64,000 nucleotides of DNA, taken from a virus. Position 1 is the first letter of the stretch. Each line of letters starts with the position of its first letter. Under the pieces are notes generated by a model. It made no database searches, was not told the DNA's origin, and was given only the letters and a program-made list of their open reading frames with translations. The position numbers and the translations under genes are program-made. Below, in pieces: positions 63,300 to 64,000 of this stretch. The stretch lies in IMG/VR virus record IMGVR_UViG_3300005436_000501, positions 63,095 to 127,094 of that record. One strand, 5' to 3'.

Positions 63300-64000
63300 C
63301 CGCGCTCGAGGCGCCGCAGCGCACGTCGATCCGCGTCCTCGGCCACCCCTGGGAACTGCAGCACGTCCACGACGCCCCCGACTTCCCCGCGATCACACCG
63401 CTCAAGACATGGGGCACCCTCACCCTGGAAAGCTGCGGACTGACCCCGGCGCAGGGCAGGCACATGGCCGCGGTCCACGAAGCCGCCCACACAATGCTGC
63501 TCCACGCCGCCGGCTACCAGATCGAAGAGGTCCAGATCTACCCCGACGACCCGCAGTCCCCGCACCCCTGGCAGCGCCCCGGCGACGGCCACACCACGGT
63601 CGGCGCCCTGCGCCCCGGCGCCTACCCAACGCCCGGCGCGGTGTTCTCGGCCCTGCTCGCCGGGCAGGCCGCAGCGGCGATGTGGCTGGAGCGGGAGGGC
63701 CTGGCCAACGACCACAGCCGGCTGCTGACGTATTCGACCGCGACGGGCGACCACGAGCGGCTGCTGTCCGCCGACAACGCCGCGTTCCTGTACGGGGACG
63801 CGCAGCCGCCGAGCAACTGGCGCGGGCTCGTGTTCCGGGTCGACGCGCTGATCGCGGCGGCCCGGCGCGACCTCACGCGGCAGTGGCCGACGGTGGCTGC
63901 GGTCGCGCGGTTCGTGGACGAGCGCGGCGCGGCGCACGCCGGACAGTTGGCCGAGTTGTTCGCCGCACAGGAGCGCCTCGGCCGGATCGGTGCCCGATGA
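63296..64000 (+). CDS. HExxH zinc metalloprotease-like protein (M41-like)
   Basis: AAVHEAAHTML...G.T...LLAG.AA...GD...W..V.AVA. Confidence 0.65.
   Translation: MTALEAPQRTSIRVLGHPWELQHVHDAPDFPAITPLKTWGTLTLESCGLTPAQGRHMAAVHEAAHTMLLHAAGYQIEEVQIYPDDPQSPHPWQRPGDGHTTVGALRPGAYPTPGAVFSALLAGQAAAAMWLEREGLANDHSRLLTYSTATGDHERLLSADNAAFLYGDAQPPSNWRGLVFRVDALIAAARRDLTRQWPTVAAVARFVDERGAAHAGQLAELFAAQERLGRIGAR

Larger units (their letters stand above)
1..64000. mobile_element. Actinobacterial siphovirus-like phage/prophage with a conjugative-element-like early region (boundaries outside window)
   Basis: Co-oriented, tightly packed terminase-portal-protease-capsid-tail-lysin genes; CI/Cro pair; no host housekeeping genes recognised. 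Confidence 0.93.

Noticed and set aside
1-64000. Integrase, att sites, reverse transcriptase (DGR/retron) or transposase
   Set aside because: No recombinase, RT or DDE motifs recognised; integration status cannot be determined from this window

Overview
High-GC actinobacterial temperate phage or prophage, with siphovirus-type organisation. From ~1 to 38 kb the minus strand carries a late region: endolysin (runs off the left edge), tail genes, tape measure, tail tube, head-tail genes, major capsid, prohead protease/scaffold, portal fused to a MuF-like domain, terminases and small accessory genes. The head module carries two selfish elements: a group I intron (18886-19940) with a Vsr/DUF559-type endonuclease ORF splits the capsid gene, and a LAGLIDADG intein sits in the portal. 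From ~39.5 to 62 kb the genes resemble those of actinomycete conjugative elements: an FtsK/TraB-like translocase, Spd-like/DUF2637 membrane genes with a clt-like 8-bp repeat array, a Nudix pair, a KorSA-like GntR regulator, Xis-like HTH and prim-pol plus helicase. A CI/Cro-like switch and a second helicase are also present, and each helicase is followed by its own iteron-like array. The best candidate for an unusual system is this virion-plus-TraB hybrid with two apparent replication modules. No integrase, att site, rRNA, complete tRNA or CRISPR array was seen. All family names come from motif recognition by eye, not database searches; start codons were adjusted by hand where an RBS or gene overlap suggested it.
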